This document shows positions 19,088 through 29,403 of a stretch of DNA of 64,000 nucleotides, in pieces. Made by a program: the position numbers and the translations under genes. Under the pieces are notes generated by a model. That model saw nothing but the letters and a program-made list of their open reading frames with translations, was not told the DNA's origin and did no database searches. Origin of the DNA: an uncultured bacterium (GTDB lineage Bacteria; Cyanobacteriota; Vampirovibrionia; Gastranaerophilales; Gastranaerophilaceae); NCBI GenBank assembly GCA_902791985.1, contig CADAYD010000005.1, forward strand, positions 50,454 through 114,453. Direction: 5' to 3'. Within the stretch, counting starts at the first letter, position 1; each line of letters starts with the position of its first letter.

Positions 19088-22000
19088 ATGGCTAAGAAGA
19101 ATTTGACAAAACAGGTATTAACTGCGGCATTTGCTGTTGCAGGTTTGACATTAAGCGGAAACGATGTACAGGCAATGGGCATGCCCGCATCGAATACGGA
19201 TTTAACAAAAACGAACATAATGTTGAGCCCGCAGGAGTCGCAGGAACTCAATATCAAGAGTGATATCAAATTCTTTGGCGCTAACAGATTTTCTAAGAGT
19301 AGCAAAATTTTCTCTTCGCGTGGAGCAGGGGTAAATACAAACGTATTGTCACGCTCAGGCAGGTCACTTTCGATGACCGGCACTCCAACCGGTGCTGCTG
19401 CTCCGACGCCGACGTTGGACAAAATGAAATCCAAAGCATCAGCTGTGTTGCCAACATTGGGTAAATATACTCTGACCGAGCTCACAGGCACGGCAAAGGC
19501 TCCGGCAGGCACACAGGAAATCGGATTCAACGGTAAAAGATACTATTTTACTCCTGCCGAAACCACTGCAGAAAAAGCGAATATGCTAAGCTACTTGGCA
19601 GGCAGTATGGCTGTTGCGTATAAGACCGGTACAGATTCTAATTATCTGTTCACAGACGGCACAAATTATTACACAATAGACACCGAAAAACTACCGACGA
19701 GTGTTTATACATTGACTGAAGGTACATCCGCTGATTATGATATCAAATCCGGCGATGATTATTACAAATTCAATTTCAAGACAAACGAAAGTGATATTGC
19801 GACATATACAGCAGGCACAAGTAGCAAGTATGATTTCCAAGCACTAAAAGCTACAAAAGACGGAACAATAAAAGATAAATACTATAACATCACAATCTAC
19901 CCGACAAAGTTGAGCCATATTGGTAACAAAGTAGCATGGTCAGCACAGCTTGATGCTGAGCCGAGTGGCTACACCTGGAAAAATAATTATGTTGCAGGGT
20001 CAAATGTAACGGTTGACACGACTGCCGGCACGGTATCAGGTGCAATCAGGATGAAAATGCCACATAACGGTGAAACCCCGACTGATTGGAACAGATATTT
20101 CACATACACTTACACAAAACCGACAGGGTATGATATAACACAAAAAAGAATAAATGATACAATTGATGCTGACGGCACAAATGTTCAGAATAAAGTTTTT
20201 GCGGGAATAACAGACAGTTCAAACGGTGGAGCGATATATAATAGCCAAAACAGGTCAACAGTCGATATCATAGCGGATTTTGTGGGTAACTCCTCCTCCT
20301 CCTCCTCCTACTCTTATGGTGGTGCGATATATAACAACTATGGCACAATCAGCAGTATCACGGGCAATTTCATCGGCAACTCTGTCTCTGGCTCCCGCTC
20401 TTATGGCGGTGCGATATTTAATAACTCTGGCACAATCAGCAGTATTACGGGCGATTTTATCGGCAACTCCTCCTATAATGGCGGTGCGATATGTAATAAC
20501 TCTGGCACAATCAGCAGTATCACGGGCGATTTCATCGGCAACTCCGCCTCCTATTATGGCGGTGCGATAGCTAACTTTGACACAATCAGCAGTATCACGG
20601 GCAATTTCATCGGCAACTCTGCCTCCTCCGCCGGCGAATCTTATGGCGGTGCGATATATAACTCTGGCACAATCAGCAGTATCACGGGCGATTTCATCGG
20701 CAACTCTGACTCCTCCTCCTCCCACTCCTACTCCTCTTATGGCGGTGCGATATATAATAACTCTGGCACAATCAGCAGTATCACGGGCGATTTCATCGGC
20801 AACTCTGCCTTCTCCTACTACATCTCCTCTTATGGCGGTGCGATATATAATAACTCTGGCACAATCAGCAGTATCACGGGCGATTTCATCGGCAACTCTG
20901 CCTCTGGCTTACGCTCTTATGGCGGTGCGATATATAATAACTCTGGCACAATCAGCAGTATTACGGGCGATTTTATTGGCAACTCCTCCTATTATGGCGG
21001 TGCGATATATAACAACTCTGGCACAATCAGCAGTATCACGGGCAATTTCATCGGCAACTCTGCCTCTGGCTTACGCTATTATGGCGGTGCGATATATAAC
21101 GAAGGTACAATCAACAGTATCTCAGGAGATTTTACGGGTAACTACGCAAAAAATACCTCAACTACCTACAAAGCGTGGGGTGGTGCTATTTATAATGGTA
21201 GTGTATCATCATTAGACAACCCATCCTACAATGCAAATTCACAAATCACCCTTGGGGACACAACCTTCACAGGCAACTATGTCGATAATAACGGCACAAT
21301 AACACCTAATTCAATCTACAACGCAGGTGTAATCAATATCGCCAACGGCGCAACGGTTACAATTAACGACGGATATGACGGGCTCGGTGAGGCACAACTT
21401 AACATCGGAACATCATCCGATAGCGGTTCAATCTTTAATTTGAGTGTTGATAACAATTATATCCAAACCGATAACTTAGGCACAGTCACCAACTATGGCT
21501 CAATCAACTGGGATTTGGATGTCGATTTGACAAGTACTGATGCAGATAATATGTCTGATAAGATTACCTTCTCATCTTTAAACGGCGGTTCTATTATTAT
21601 CCGTGCAATCAATCTGCTGCACGATAAAGCAGGCTCTACGGCTATTACGATTACTAGTTCATCTTTGTCAAACAAATATTCGTTGTCATCAGCAATTAAT
21701 GAACATATTACATCCCCCGGTAATTTTGCATATACTGCAACTTATTCAGGCGGTGTGTTGACATTAAATCAAGTTATACTTGATTCTCTTGCTCTCAAGG
21801 TTCACGACGATGATCCGGTAAGAAGCTATGAGATGACCAAAATTGAAAATGTCGGCGAGAATTTGGGCGATTTAGTAGGTGAAGGCGCAAAATTGTCAGT
21901 TAATGGCGGCGGTTACTCTATTGTCGGCGGTGAATGGGAAGGTATCAACGTTGCTTCAGGTCAAACTCTCGAATTTAATAATGTTTCTGATGTCACAGGG

Positions 22001-25000
22001 TTTGCAAATGATACAGCGGTTACAAACGGCGGAACATTGAATATTAAGGATTCGAAATTCACATCCGATATTATTAATACTAACGAATTGAACCTCAATA
22101 GTACTAATACGACTACAAGTATCAATACTTTTGATGGTGAAATCGGTATGGGCACAGCTTCAACCGGTACAATTAACGTTGAAACAGGAAAAACTTTGTT
22201 CAATGATACGGTTACTCAGGCTGATATGACTGTAGCATCAGGCGCTCAAGTTGAAATCGGTGCAGGTAATTTGGTTATTACTAATGCGGTTCAAAACGAC
22301 GGCACAGTCACATTGACAGGCGGAACTGTAGAAAGTTTTGCTCAATTAAATTCTTCTATTGCCAATAAAACCGAAGAATTAACTACTCCAAAAACTGTTA
22401 TCGATGGTTTTGTAAACGTCGGCAATGGTAAGACAATTAGTCAGGCTATAGAAATCAATGAAAATAAAGCATTGAGTGCTAATGTAAACTCTGTAGGCGG
22501 AAGTGTTACAAATAACGGGAATTTGGCTATCTATGATTATGAAAATAGTGAAAGCAATCACTTTGCACAATCCGTAACAGGAAACGGCACAACAACTATT
22601 CAGCGTAATGTTATTGTTGACAGTACTATTGCAAACAATATTATTATAGATAAGTTTGAAGGTACAAGTCCTGCTGTAACTCATTATGCAGATGTAGTTG
22701 TTGGTTCAACTGGTTTACTGGGTGCTGAGGGCACAACAATTACAGTTAATGCTAATAACCAATTAACTATGGCAACCGGGGCAATTGCTGCTGATTCTAT
22801 TACTAACAACGGCACATTAATACTGAATAACAGTACAGACGGTGAAATCGGCAAAGCAATAAGCGGTACATCCGGCGTATTGAGTATTAATACAACCGGT
22901 ACAAATGCTGCAAATGTAACAGTTACAGCGAATTCAACTCTTACAAACCAAGCTGTAAGTGTTAATAACGGTATCTTCAAACTTGGTTCCGGTTCACTTG
23001 CAGAAAATTCTGCTGTTACTGTAAATGACGGTGCAGGTTTTGATTCAAGAGACGGTGATATTAATAATTATTTGGATGGAAAAGTCACGCTGAAAGACGG
23101 TTCAAGAGTGTTTGTTGATGTAAGTGCTGACGGCGATAATCCTGTAATTGACCAATTCGCTTCAAATGCAGCAGCTACGGTTACCTTGTCTAATATCAAC
23201 ATTCTTGGAGCAAATGATCTTCCGACCGGAACTGTCCGGTTATTGAGTGCAGGTACTGTAACGGGTGAAAGTTTATTCGTTCAGGATGACGGTAAAACTA
23301 TAGCTGTTCAGGGCTCTGGCGAGAATAATGGTATGATTAAGATTGGTATGACTCATTTGAGTGATAAACTCAACGGTGCGGTTTATGTTTCCGGCGCCGT
23401 AGATGCTATTACTTACAAATTGACTACAGACAACGAAGATGTTAATCCTGTTGGTGCTTATGATGCTTTGGGTACTATTCAAGACTCATTCATTATTAAA
23501 TCAAGTACTCCAGGTACTAAGAAGAGTTTGACTGCAAGAGAAGGTACTTTTGGTTTAATCGTTCAAGCAGAAAAAGATTTAGAAGTCGATGATGTAGTAT
23601 TCAAGAACTTCTCAACAAATGATACATATAAGGGTGTTATTACAAACTATGGAACGTTAACTGTTAAGGATTCACAGTTTGATATGGTAGAAGACAACGC
23701 TAAGAAAGTTGCGATTGAAAACTATGGCATTTTGGAATCTGATCCGACTTTGTATCATGGTGCGATTGTTAACCACTATGATGCATATGCTCTCATTGAA
23801 GGTGATACATTTGACGGTTCATCAAGAGCAGGTGAAAATGGCGGTGCTATCTTCAACGAGGCTGCTGTTGATCCTGATCCGGCAGGTGTAATCGAAGTTA
23901 ATGAAGATGCTTCTCATGTTCCGACAACATTTATTAATAACGTTGCCGCAAATGGTGGCGGCATCTATAACGCAGGAACAGCAACAATTTCGAATGCTGT
24001 ATTCGGCGCGGTTGATACTTCAGGTGAAAGCCCTGTTTACTCAGGTGGTAACAGCGCAGTGACAACCTCAGGCGGCGACGGATTTGGTGGTGCTATATAT
24101 AACAGCGGCTCTTTGACCGTTACGGATACCAAATTCTACGCTAACTCTGCAGTTAAGGGCGGTGCTATATATTCAACAGCAGATACAACAATCAATGCAA
24201 CTGACGCAGTAGTTGAGTTTGCAGGAAATACCGCATCAACTGCCGGTAATGATATTTATATGGAAGGAACATCAGGTTCGCCGATTACCTTGTATTTGAA
24301 TTCGGCAAGTGATACGAATTCAATCACTTTAAACGGCGGAATTGATGGTTCTAACTATAATGTAAGTGTTAATAATTCGACAGCCGGTACGGTTAATATC
24401 GCAAGCTTGGCTAATGCAGCCACTCTTGCGTTGAACGGAGGTACTACAAATATTACTTCTGATACAACTGTTACAGAGTTGACCGCTGCAGATCATACAA
24501 CTCTTAACGCAAGTTCAGCAAACGGCTTATCAACCGGCACATTGACAGTTGATGACAGCGGAACATTTATCAACAGTGGTAAATTGTCCGTTACTTCTAC
24601 ATTGAATAATGGCAGCACAGGTGCAACAGGTACAATTACAAATACAAACGCTGTTTTGAACTTGTTAGGTGGTACAAGTGCAACCGCTCCGATGACAAAT
24701 ATCGGCTCAATTTCAGGCGGTAATATCAATATCGGTTCTTATACTTCAGATACTGTAAAAGATACTGCTTATGTCGTAAACAGCGGTTCTATAACAGGTG
24801 AAGTCTCAGTTGCTAAAAAATCAACTTTGCAAACCGCAGCAAATACTGTTAATGATTCAACAGGAATTGCAAACGCAGGTAAATTAACTCTTACAGGTGG
24901 TAATCTTGCATCAGCTGTTAGCGGTACTGGTGTTACAAATGTTATTGGTACTGTAACAAATACTGATGCTAAAGAAATTGCAAACGCTGTTGAAATTACA

Positions 25001-28000
25001 TATACAGGTCACTTAACAACCTCAACAGATGCATTGACTTCAACAACAACTACAAAGAACGCTGGTACTTTGGTATTTAATAATACAACAAGCGAAGCTC
25101 TAAATCAAAGCATTAGCGATAATGACGGAATACACGGTACTGTTGATATTGCAACTGCTACAGGTGATATTATAATCGATATGACAGGCAAGACAATTAC
25201 CAATAACACTATCAAGTTAACAAGGGGTACTTTGAAAACTGGTAGTGATAATGGTAATGTTGATTTATCAAGTGCAGATAAAATCGAAGCTAACGGTGGT
25301 ACATTAAGTGTTCAAGATGGTAAGACCGGAACTATAACTTTAGGTAATGTTGATACTTCAGCAGGTACTCTTAAATTTGATATTGACGTAAATCTTGGTG
25401 GTAGCGGTACGCCTGCTACAGCAGATACTCTGACTCTTGCAGATGGTAAGGCAATCGGTAATGATCACGGAATTACAATTAGCAACATTCATATTGTTGA
25501 TCCGGATCATGGATATCAGACAGAAGATTATATTATGCTTGCTGATGATACTATCGGAGATATTCTTGATGTCACCAAAAGTGAGCTTACTGTTGCAGAT
25601 GGCGATGTTGATGCGGTTAAAGATTTGCTTATCAACAAAGTATATGAAGACGGTACAGGGACAAGGGATCAAGGTACCTACTTGCACACAGCGCACAGCG
25701 ATTTGGATAATGCAATTCTTTCATCAATTGATGATAAGATGTACTTTGTCGGAGATCCTGTAATAGATAATTCCGCTGGCGCTTTGAATTTGGGCGGTAA
25801 TTCATTATCAATCACAGGAAACAATGCGACTATTACAAGTTCAATAGATAGCAGCGCAGATCCGGATTTGAGACAAGATGGTATAAATATTGTTGATGCA
25901 GGTCAAACTTTGACAATTCAAAATGCTCAAATCGGTGATGACGGCACAGGTTTTGATACTGCAATTGATAACTCTAACGGCGGAACAATCAATCTTGACG
26001 GTGTAACAATGACCGCAAACAATATTGATGTTCTTAACGATGGTGAAATTGATGTTACGGATCCTGATAACCCTGTAGATCACGGTGTATTCTTAACAGG
26101 TACAAATAGTATCAATTCAATTGTTGATAGTGATGGTTCTGCTACTCACGGTCAAACAACTGTTAAGGGTGGTACATCTACAATCAATACAATTAAACAA
26201 AAATCTGTAACGGTAGATGCCGATGCAACAGCAAATCTTACAAATGTTGACAATGTTAAGACAACTGACGGAATTACAAACGATGGTGATTTGGTATTAG
26301 CAGGCGGTACCGCAGATACTCCGGCTAATAATGATAATAAGATTACTATGACAGCTGATGCCGGTAATGCTAAAACAACAATTGCATCAGGTTCAAATAT
26401 TGCGAATAATGCTGAAATGACCCAGAAAGAGGTTGTAGTATCTGCTACAGATGGAACAAATCCGGCAGCAATATTAACAAATAATGACGATATATATGCT
26501 AATACAGTAAACATCGAGGATGGTGCAACATTAAATAACAACAAAAATATTACTGCATCAGATGTTAATGTTAAATCTAATGCTGATTTGAACCTCAATG
26601 CTGGCTCAAATACTTTAGGAGATGTTACTCTTGATGCTGCTGATTCTGAATTGTCAATAACGGACGATGCGGTATTGGCAGGTGACGTTAAATCAGACAA
26701 TAACGGTCAAATAAATCTTATTGCAGATACTCAGGATATTGTAATGAGTGATGCAATTACTGGAAATCTAACGAGTGTAGATGGAACAGATGTCGGAGCA
26801 TATATAATTAATGCAACAACAGCAGATCCTACAGGTACAGATACTTCTGTAACGATTGATAAGGCTATTGCAGGGGCTACAACCATAAACGTTTCAGCAG
26901 ATACAAATGCAATAATTACAAATGTTGCAACAGATTCAAATTCTTCGGCACTCGTTTTTGCTAATTCTAACAGCGAGATAACGTTAAGAAATGACAGTAC
27001 TACTGATGATATGAATGTTGGTATGTCTGTCTTTGATGCTAGTGCTGATGGATATGAATTGAATACTGAAAATACAAGTCCTGATACAACAATAAGCCTC
27101 AAGGGTAATATAGTTGGTGCTGATGATGTTAATACCAATGTTACAGGTGGAACAACAAATATTGATGGTTCTGTGAATGCTAAAAATCTAAATGCTAAGG
27201 ACGGGACAACAAATATTAATGGTTCTGCAAATGTCGCAGATGTGAATACAGAAGTTGGGGCAACAACTAATATCAATAAAAACAGTAATTTAACCGCTGA
27301 AAATGTTAATACGAATGGCGGAACAACAAATATTAACGAAAAAATTACTGCAGTGAATGTTAACGCAAACGGTGGTGATACCAACTTGAATGCGAATGGT
27401 GATTCAAAAACAAGTGACAAGTTAGCATCTGCTAAAGTTAATATTCAAAATGGCGCAAATGTCAATGTAAATACTGATTCAGATTCAATGACAATTGATA
27501 ATAAGGTAAAAGGCTCAGGTTCTACAAGTAACTTGATTCTTAACGGTAAACAAGGTAAAGCAGGTTCAGGTTCAAATGCCGGTACTCAGTTTAATCTTGG
27601 TACGGCCGTTGATAATGCAAATGTAGTTGTTAGTAATGGTCAGTTGAATTTACCTGATGAAAGCAAACTTGCAAACGGTTCAATTGTGGATGTTGGTTCA
27701 GGTGCAACGTTGAATACTATAAGCGGTAAAGCATCTGATTACAATAAGGATATCACCTTTGAAGATGCTTCTCAGGTAAAAACAGATATCAACGCAAATA
27801 CAGGAAAAGCTGATAGATTTGTTAACGTAATTCAAGGTGAGAATGATGGAGTAGTACTTACAGATGCTGAACTTCAAGATTTAGACAAAGTTCTCAGACA
27901 TACTACAAAAATCGATTTAGCTAAGGCTACTAATTTACACAACCTCACTATAGGTGAAGAGTTGCTTAATAAAACATTCACTGAAATGACGGCAATTCGT

Positions 28001-29299
28001 AAAATGTCTGCTAAATTCTCTGAAGATGGTATGTTAACAATCATGCCTTCAAGCGGCAGAAACAATTATGATGACTTCAATCCTGCGGTAGTTGTAGGGC
28101 CGATTGCTGCGCAATTGGGCGGTTATCTGAGTCAGTTGAATTCTTATGATGAAGCGTTCAGAAACCTTGATATGAAGATGCTCATGACAAGAGAAGAACG
28201 CAAAGCATTGAAGATGGCTAATTCTTACGCATCTGAAGTTCAACCACAAGTATTCAGTTCAACTTATCTGCCTGAAAAAGATAGTGCCGGCTGGTTCAGA
28301 CCTTATGCAAGTTTTGAAAAAGTTAACTTGAAATACGGCCCGAATGCCGAAAATACAATGTATGGTTCATATTTCGGTGGCGACAGCTCAATGAAAGAGC
28401 TTCGTAACGGATGGGATTATCAGTACTCTGTATACGTAGGTTACAACGGTTCTCATCAAAATTATCAAGGTAATTCTATTTACCAAAATGGCGGTAATCT
28501 TGGTGCAACAGCTATTTGGTATAAAGATGACTTCTTCACAGCTTTAACCGCAAACGTAGGTGCAAGCGTGGCTGATGCATCAACATATTATGGCAGCGAA
28601 AACTTCCCAATGTTGATGACCGGTATCGCAAGCAAAACAGGATATAATTGGGAACTTGCAAAGGGCAAATTCATTGTTCAACCTAGTTACTTGATGAGTT
28701 ATACATTCGTACATACATTTGATTATATGAATGCAGCTGGAGTCAAGATTAGTTCTAATCCGTTGAATGCAATAAATATTGCTCCGGGCTTGAAATTCAT
28801 CGGCAACTTGAAACACGGATGGCAGCCGTATGTTGGGGTTCAGATGGTTTGGAATATAATGGATAAGGCTGATTATAAAGCAAATGACATTCCATTACCT
28901 CAAATGAGTGTAAAACCGTACTTCCAATATGGTGTAGGTGTACAAAAACGCTGGGGTGAAAGATTTACAGGATTTGTACAGGCTATGATGCGTAATGGCG
29001 GAAGAAACGGTATTGCATTATCTGGCGGCTTGAGATGGGCTATTGGTAAGGATTATCACAGTTATCCGGATTACACTCCAAAATCCAAGGCAAAAACAAC
29101 TATAAAAACAAATAAGGATGCAAAAGTAACAACAAGTACTGATGTTATTAAAAAGTCAAAACAAGATGTAACTTCTAAAAACATCACAAATGAAACAACT
29201 AATAAAGTTACAAAACCGACTAAAAAGAGTAAATTATCTCAATTCTTTGCTTTTATGAACGGTGAACCAACTTATGTTGTTTCTGTAAAAACAAAATAA
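19088..29299 (+). CDS. Giant (3403 aa) type Va autotransporter with Pmp-like (GGAI / FxxN) passenger repeats and C-terminal beta-barrel
   Basis: Signal peptide (AAFAVAGLTLSGNDVQA). The passenger is beta-helix-like and rich in Gly/Thr/Asn. The autotransporter beta-domain spans about 28285-29046 (WFRPYASFEKVN ... GIALSGGLRW). RBS AAGGAG lies upstream. Confidence 0.9.
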   Translation: MAKKNLTKQVLTAAFAVAGLTLSGNDVQAMGMPASNTDLTKTNIMLSPQESQELNIKSDIKFFGANRFSKSSKIFSSRGAGVNTNVLSRSGRSLSMTGTPTGAAAPTPTLDKMKSKASAVLPTLGKYTLTELTGTAKAPAGTQEIGFNGKRYYFTPAETTAEKANMLSYLAGSMAVAYKTGTDSNYLFTDGTNYYTIDTEKLPTSVYTLTEGTSADYDIKSGDDYYKFNFKTNESDIATYTAGTSSKYDFQALKATKDGTIKDKYYNITIYPTKLSHIGNKVAWSAQLDAEPSGYTWKNNYVAGSNVTVDTTAGTVSGAIRMKMPHNGETPTDWNRYFTYTYTKPTGYDITQKRINDTIDADGTNVQNKVFAGITDSSNGGAIYNSQNRSTVDIIADFVGNSSSSSSYSYGGAIYNNYGTISSITGNFIGNSVSGSRSYGGAIFNNSGTISSITGDFIGNSSYNGGAICNNSGTISSITGDFIGNSASYYGGAIANFDTISSITGNFIGNSASSAGESYGGAIYNSGTISSITGDFIGNSDSSSSHSYSSYGGAIYNNSGTISSITGDFIGNSAFSYYISSYGGAIYNNSGTISSITGDFIGNSASGLRSYGGAIYNNSGTISSITGDFIGNSSYYGGAIYNNSGTISSITGNFIGNSASGLRYYGGAIYNEGTINSISGDFTGNYAKNTSTTYKAWGGAIYNGSVSSLDNPSYNANSQITLGDTTFTGNYVDNNGTITPNSIYNAGVINIANGATVTINDGYDGLGEAQLNIGTSSDSGSIFNLSVDNNYIQTDNLGTVTNYGSINWDLDVDLTSTDADNMSDKITFSSLNGGSIIIRAINLLHDKAGSTAITITSSSLSNKYSLSSAINEHITSPGNFAYTATYSGGVLTLNQVILDSLALKVHDDDPVRSYEMTKIENVGENLGDLVGEGAKLSVNGGGYSIVGGEWEGINVASGQTLEFNNVSDVTGFANDTAVTNGGTLNIKDSKFTSDIINTNELNLNSTNTTTSINTFDGEIGMGTASTGTINVETGKTLFNDTVTQADMTVASGAQVEIGAGNLVITNAVQNDGTVTLTGGTVESFAQLNSSIANKTEELTTPKTVIDGFVNVGNGKTISQAIEINENKALSANVNSVGGSVTNNGNLAIYDYENSESNHFAQSVTGNGTTTIQRNVIVDSTIANNIIIDKFEGTSPAVTHYADVVVGSTGLLGAEGTTITVNANNQLTMATGAIAADSITNNGTLILNNSTDGEIGKAISGTSGVLSINTTGTNAANVTVTANSTLTNQAVSVNNGIFKLGSGSLAENSAVTVNDGAGFDSRDGDINNYLDGKVTLKDGSRVFVDVSADGDNPVIDQFASNAAATVTLSNINILGANDLPTGTVRLLSAGTVTGESLFVQDDGKTIAVQGSGENNGMIKIGMTHLSDKLNGAVYVSGAVDAITYKLTTDNEDVNPVGAYDALGTIQDSFIIKSSTPGTKKSLTAREGTFGLIVQAEKDLEVDDVVFKNFSTNDTYKGVITNYGTLTVKDSQFDMVEDNAKKVAIENYGILESDPTLYHGAIVNHYDAYALIEGDTFDGSSRAGENGGAIFNEAAVDPDPAGVIEVNEDASHVPTTFINNVAANGGGIYNAGTATISNAVFGAVDTSGESPVYSGGNSAVTTSGGDGFGGAIYNSGSLTVTDTKFYANSAVKGGAIYSTADTTINATDAVVEFAGNTASTAGNDIYMEGTSGSPITLYLNSASDTNSITLNGGIDGSNYNVSVNNSTAGTVNIASLANAATLALNGGTTNITSDTTVTELTAADHTTLNASSANGLSTGTLTVDDSGTFINSGKLSVTSTLNNGSTGATGTITNTNAVLNLLGGTSATAPMTNIGSISGGNINIGSYTSDTVKDTAYVVNSGSITGEVSVAKKSTLQTAANTVNDSTGIANAGKLTLTGGNLASAVSGTGVTNVIGTVTNTDAKEIANAVEITYTGHLTTSTDALTSTTTTKNAGTLVFNNTTSEALNQSISDNDGIHGTVDIATATGDIIIDMTGKTITNNTIKLTRGTLKTGSDNGNVDLSSADKIEANGGTLSVQDGKTGTITLGNVDTSAGTLKFDIDVNLGGSGTPATADTLTLADGKAIGNDHGITISNIHIVDPDHGYQTEDYIMLADDTIGDILDVTKSELTVADGDVDAVKDLLINKVYEDGTGTRDQGTYLHTAHSDLDNAILSSIDDKMYFVGDPVIDNSAGALNLGGNSLSITGNNATITSSIDSSADPDLRQDGINIVDAGQTLTIQNAQIGDDGTGFDTAIDNSNGGTINLDGVTMTANNIDVLNDGEIDVTDPDNPVDHGVFLTGTNSINSIVDSDGSATHGQTTVKGGTSTINTIKQKSVTVDADATANLTNVDNVKTTDGITNDGDLVLAGGTADTPANNDNKITMTADAGNAKTTIASGSNIANNAEMTQKEVVVSATDGTNPAAILTNNDDIYANTVNIEDGATLNNNKNITASDVNVKSNADLNLNAGSNTLGDVTLDAADSELSITDDAVLAGDVKSDNNGQINLIADTQDIVMSDAITGNLTSVDGTDVGAYIINATTADPTGTDTSVTIDKAIAGATTINVSADTNAIITNVATDSNSSALVFANSNSEITLRNDSTTDDMNVGMSVFDASADGYELNTENTSPDTTISLKGNIVGADDVNTNVTGGTTNIDGSVNAKNLNAKDGTTNINGSANVADVNTEVGATTNINKNSNLTAENVNTNGGTTNINEKITAVNVNANGGDTNLNANGDSKTSDKLASAKVNIQNGANVNVNTDSDSMTIDNKVKGSGSTSNLILNGKQGKAGSGSNAGTQFNLGTAVDNANVVVSNGQLNLPDESKLANGSIVDVGSGATLNTISGKASDYNKDITFEDASQVKTDINANTGKADRFVNVIQGENDGVVLTDAELQDLDKVLRHTTKIDLAKATNLHNLTIGEELLNKTFTEMTAIRKMSAKFSEDGMLTIMPSSGRNNYDDFNPAVVVGPIAAQLGGYLSQLNSYDEAFRNLDMKMLMTREERKALKMANSYASEVQPQVFSSTYLPEKDSAGWFRPYASFEKVNLKYGPNAENTMYGSYFGGDSSMKELRNGWDYQYSVYVGYNGSHQNYQGNSIYQNGGNLGATAIWYKDDFFTALTANVGASVADASTYYGSENFPMLMTGIASKTGYNWELAKGKFIVQPSYLMSYTFVHTFDYMNAAGVKISSNPLNAINIAPGLKFIGNLKHGWQPYVGVQMVWNIMDKADYKANDIPLPQMSVKPYFQYGVGVQKRWGERFTGFVQAMMRNGGRNGIALSGGLRWAIGKDYHSYPDYTPKSKAKTTIKTNKDAKVTTSTDVIKKSKQDVTSKNITNETTNKVTKPTKKSKLSQFFAFMNGEPTYVVSVKTK
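20226..21200 (+). repeat. About a dozen tandem in-frame repeat units (~25-30 aa) inside the autotransporter: YGGAIYNNSGTISSITGDFIGNSAS
   Basis: Long near-identical nucleotide units (GGCGGTGCGATATATAATAACTCTGGCACAATCAGCAGTATCACGGGCGATTTCATCGGCAACTC) recur. They also generate the spurious alternative-frame ORFs at 20255-21215. Confidence 0.9.
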
Positions 29300-29314
29300 T
29301 GTTGAAAAGCAGGT

Positions 29315-29346
29315 AAAAAGGGCTCATAATATGAGCCCTTTTTATT
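29315..29346 (+). terminator. Rho-independent terminator after the autotransporter gene
   Basis: AAAAAGGGCTCAT-AAT-ATGAGCCCTTTTT. Confidence 0.75.
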
Positions 29347-29403
29347 ATTTTATATTTTTTATGTTTGAGATAATATAAAGCTACTTTAATAGGAAGGGAT
29401 ATT

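Noticed and set aside
20255-21215. Three sizeable ORFs in alternative or antisense frames (20255..20725 -, 20280..20570 +, 20577..21215 +) with striking internal repeats (MAVRYI.., ADEIARDTADCA..).
   Set aside because: They lie entirely within the tandem GGAI/FxxN repeat array of the autotransporter gene. Their periodicity is the same DNA repeat read in other frames. They have no RBS and no independent support.
19045-27420. Multiple antisense ORFs inside the autotransporter gene (for example 19045..19530 -, 22379..22980 -, 26152..26700 -, 26731..27420 -).
   Set aside because: Long stop-free antisense frames are expected opposite a 10-kb Gly/Thr/Asn-rich gene. Their sequences are low-complexity hydrophobic strings typical of antisense translation.
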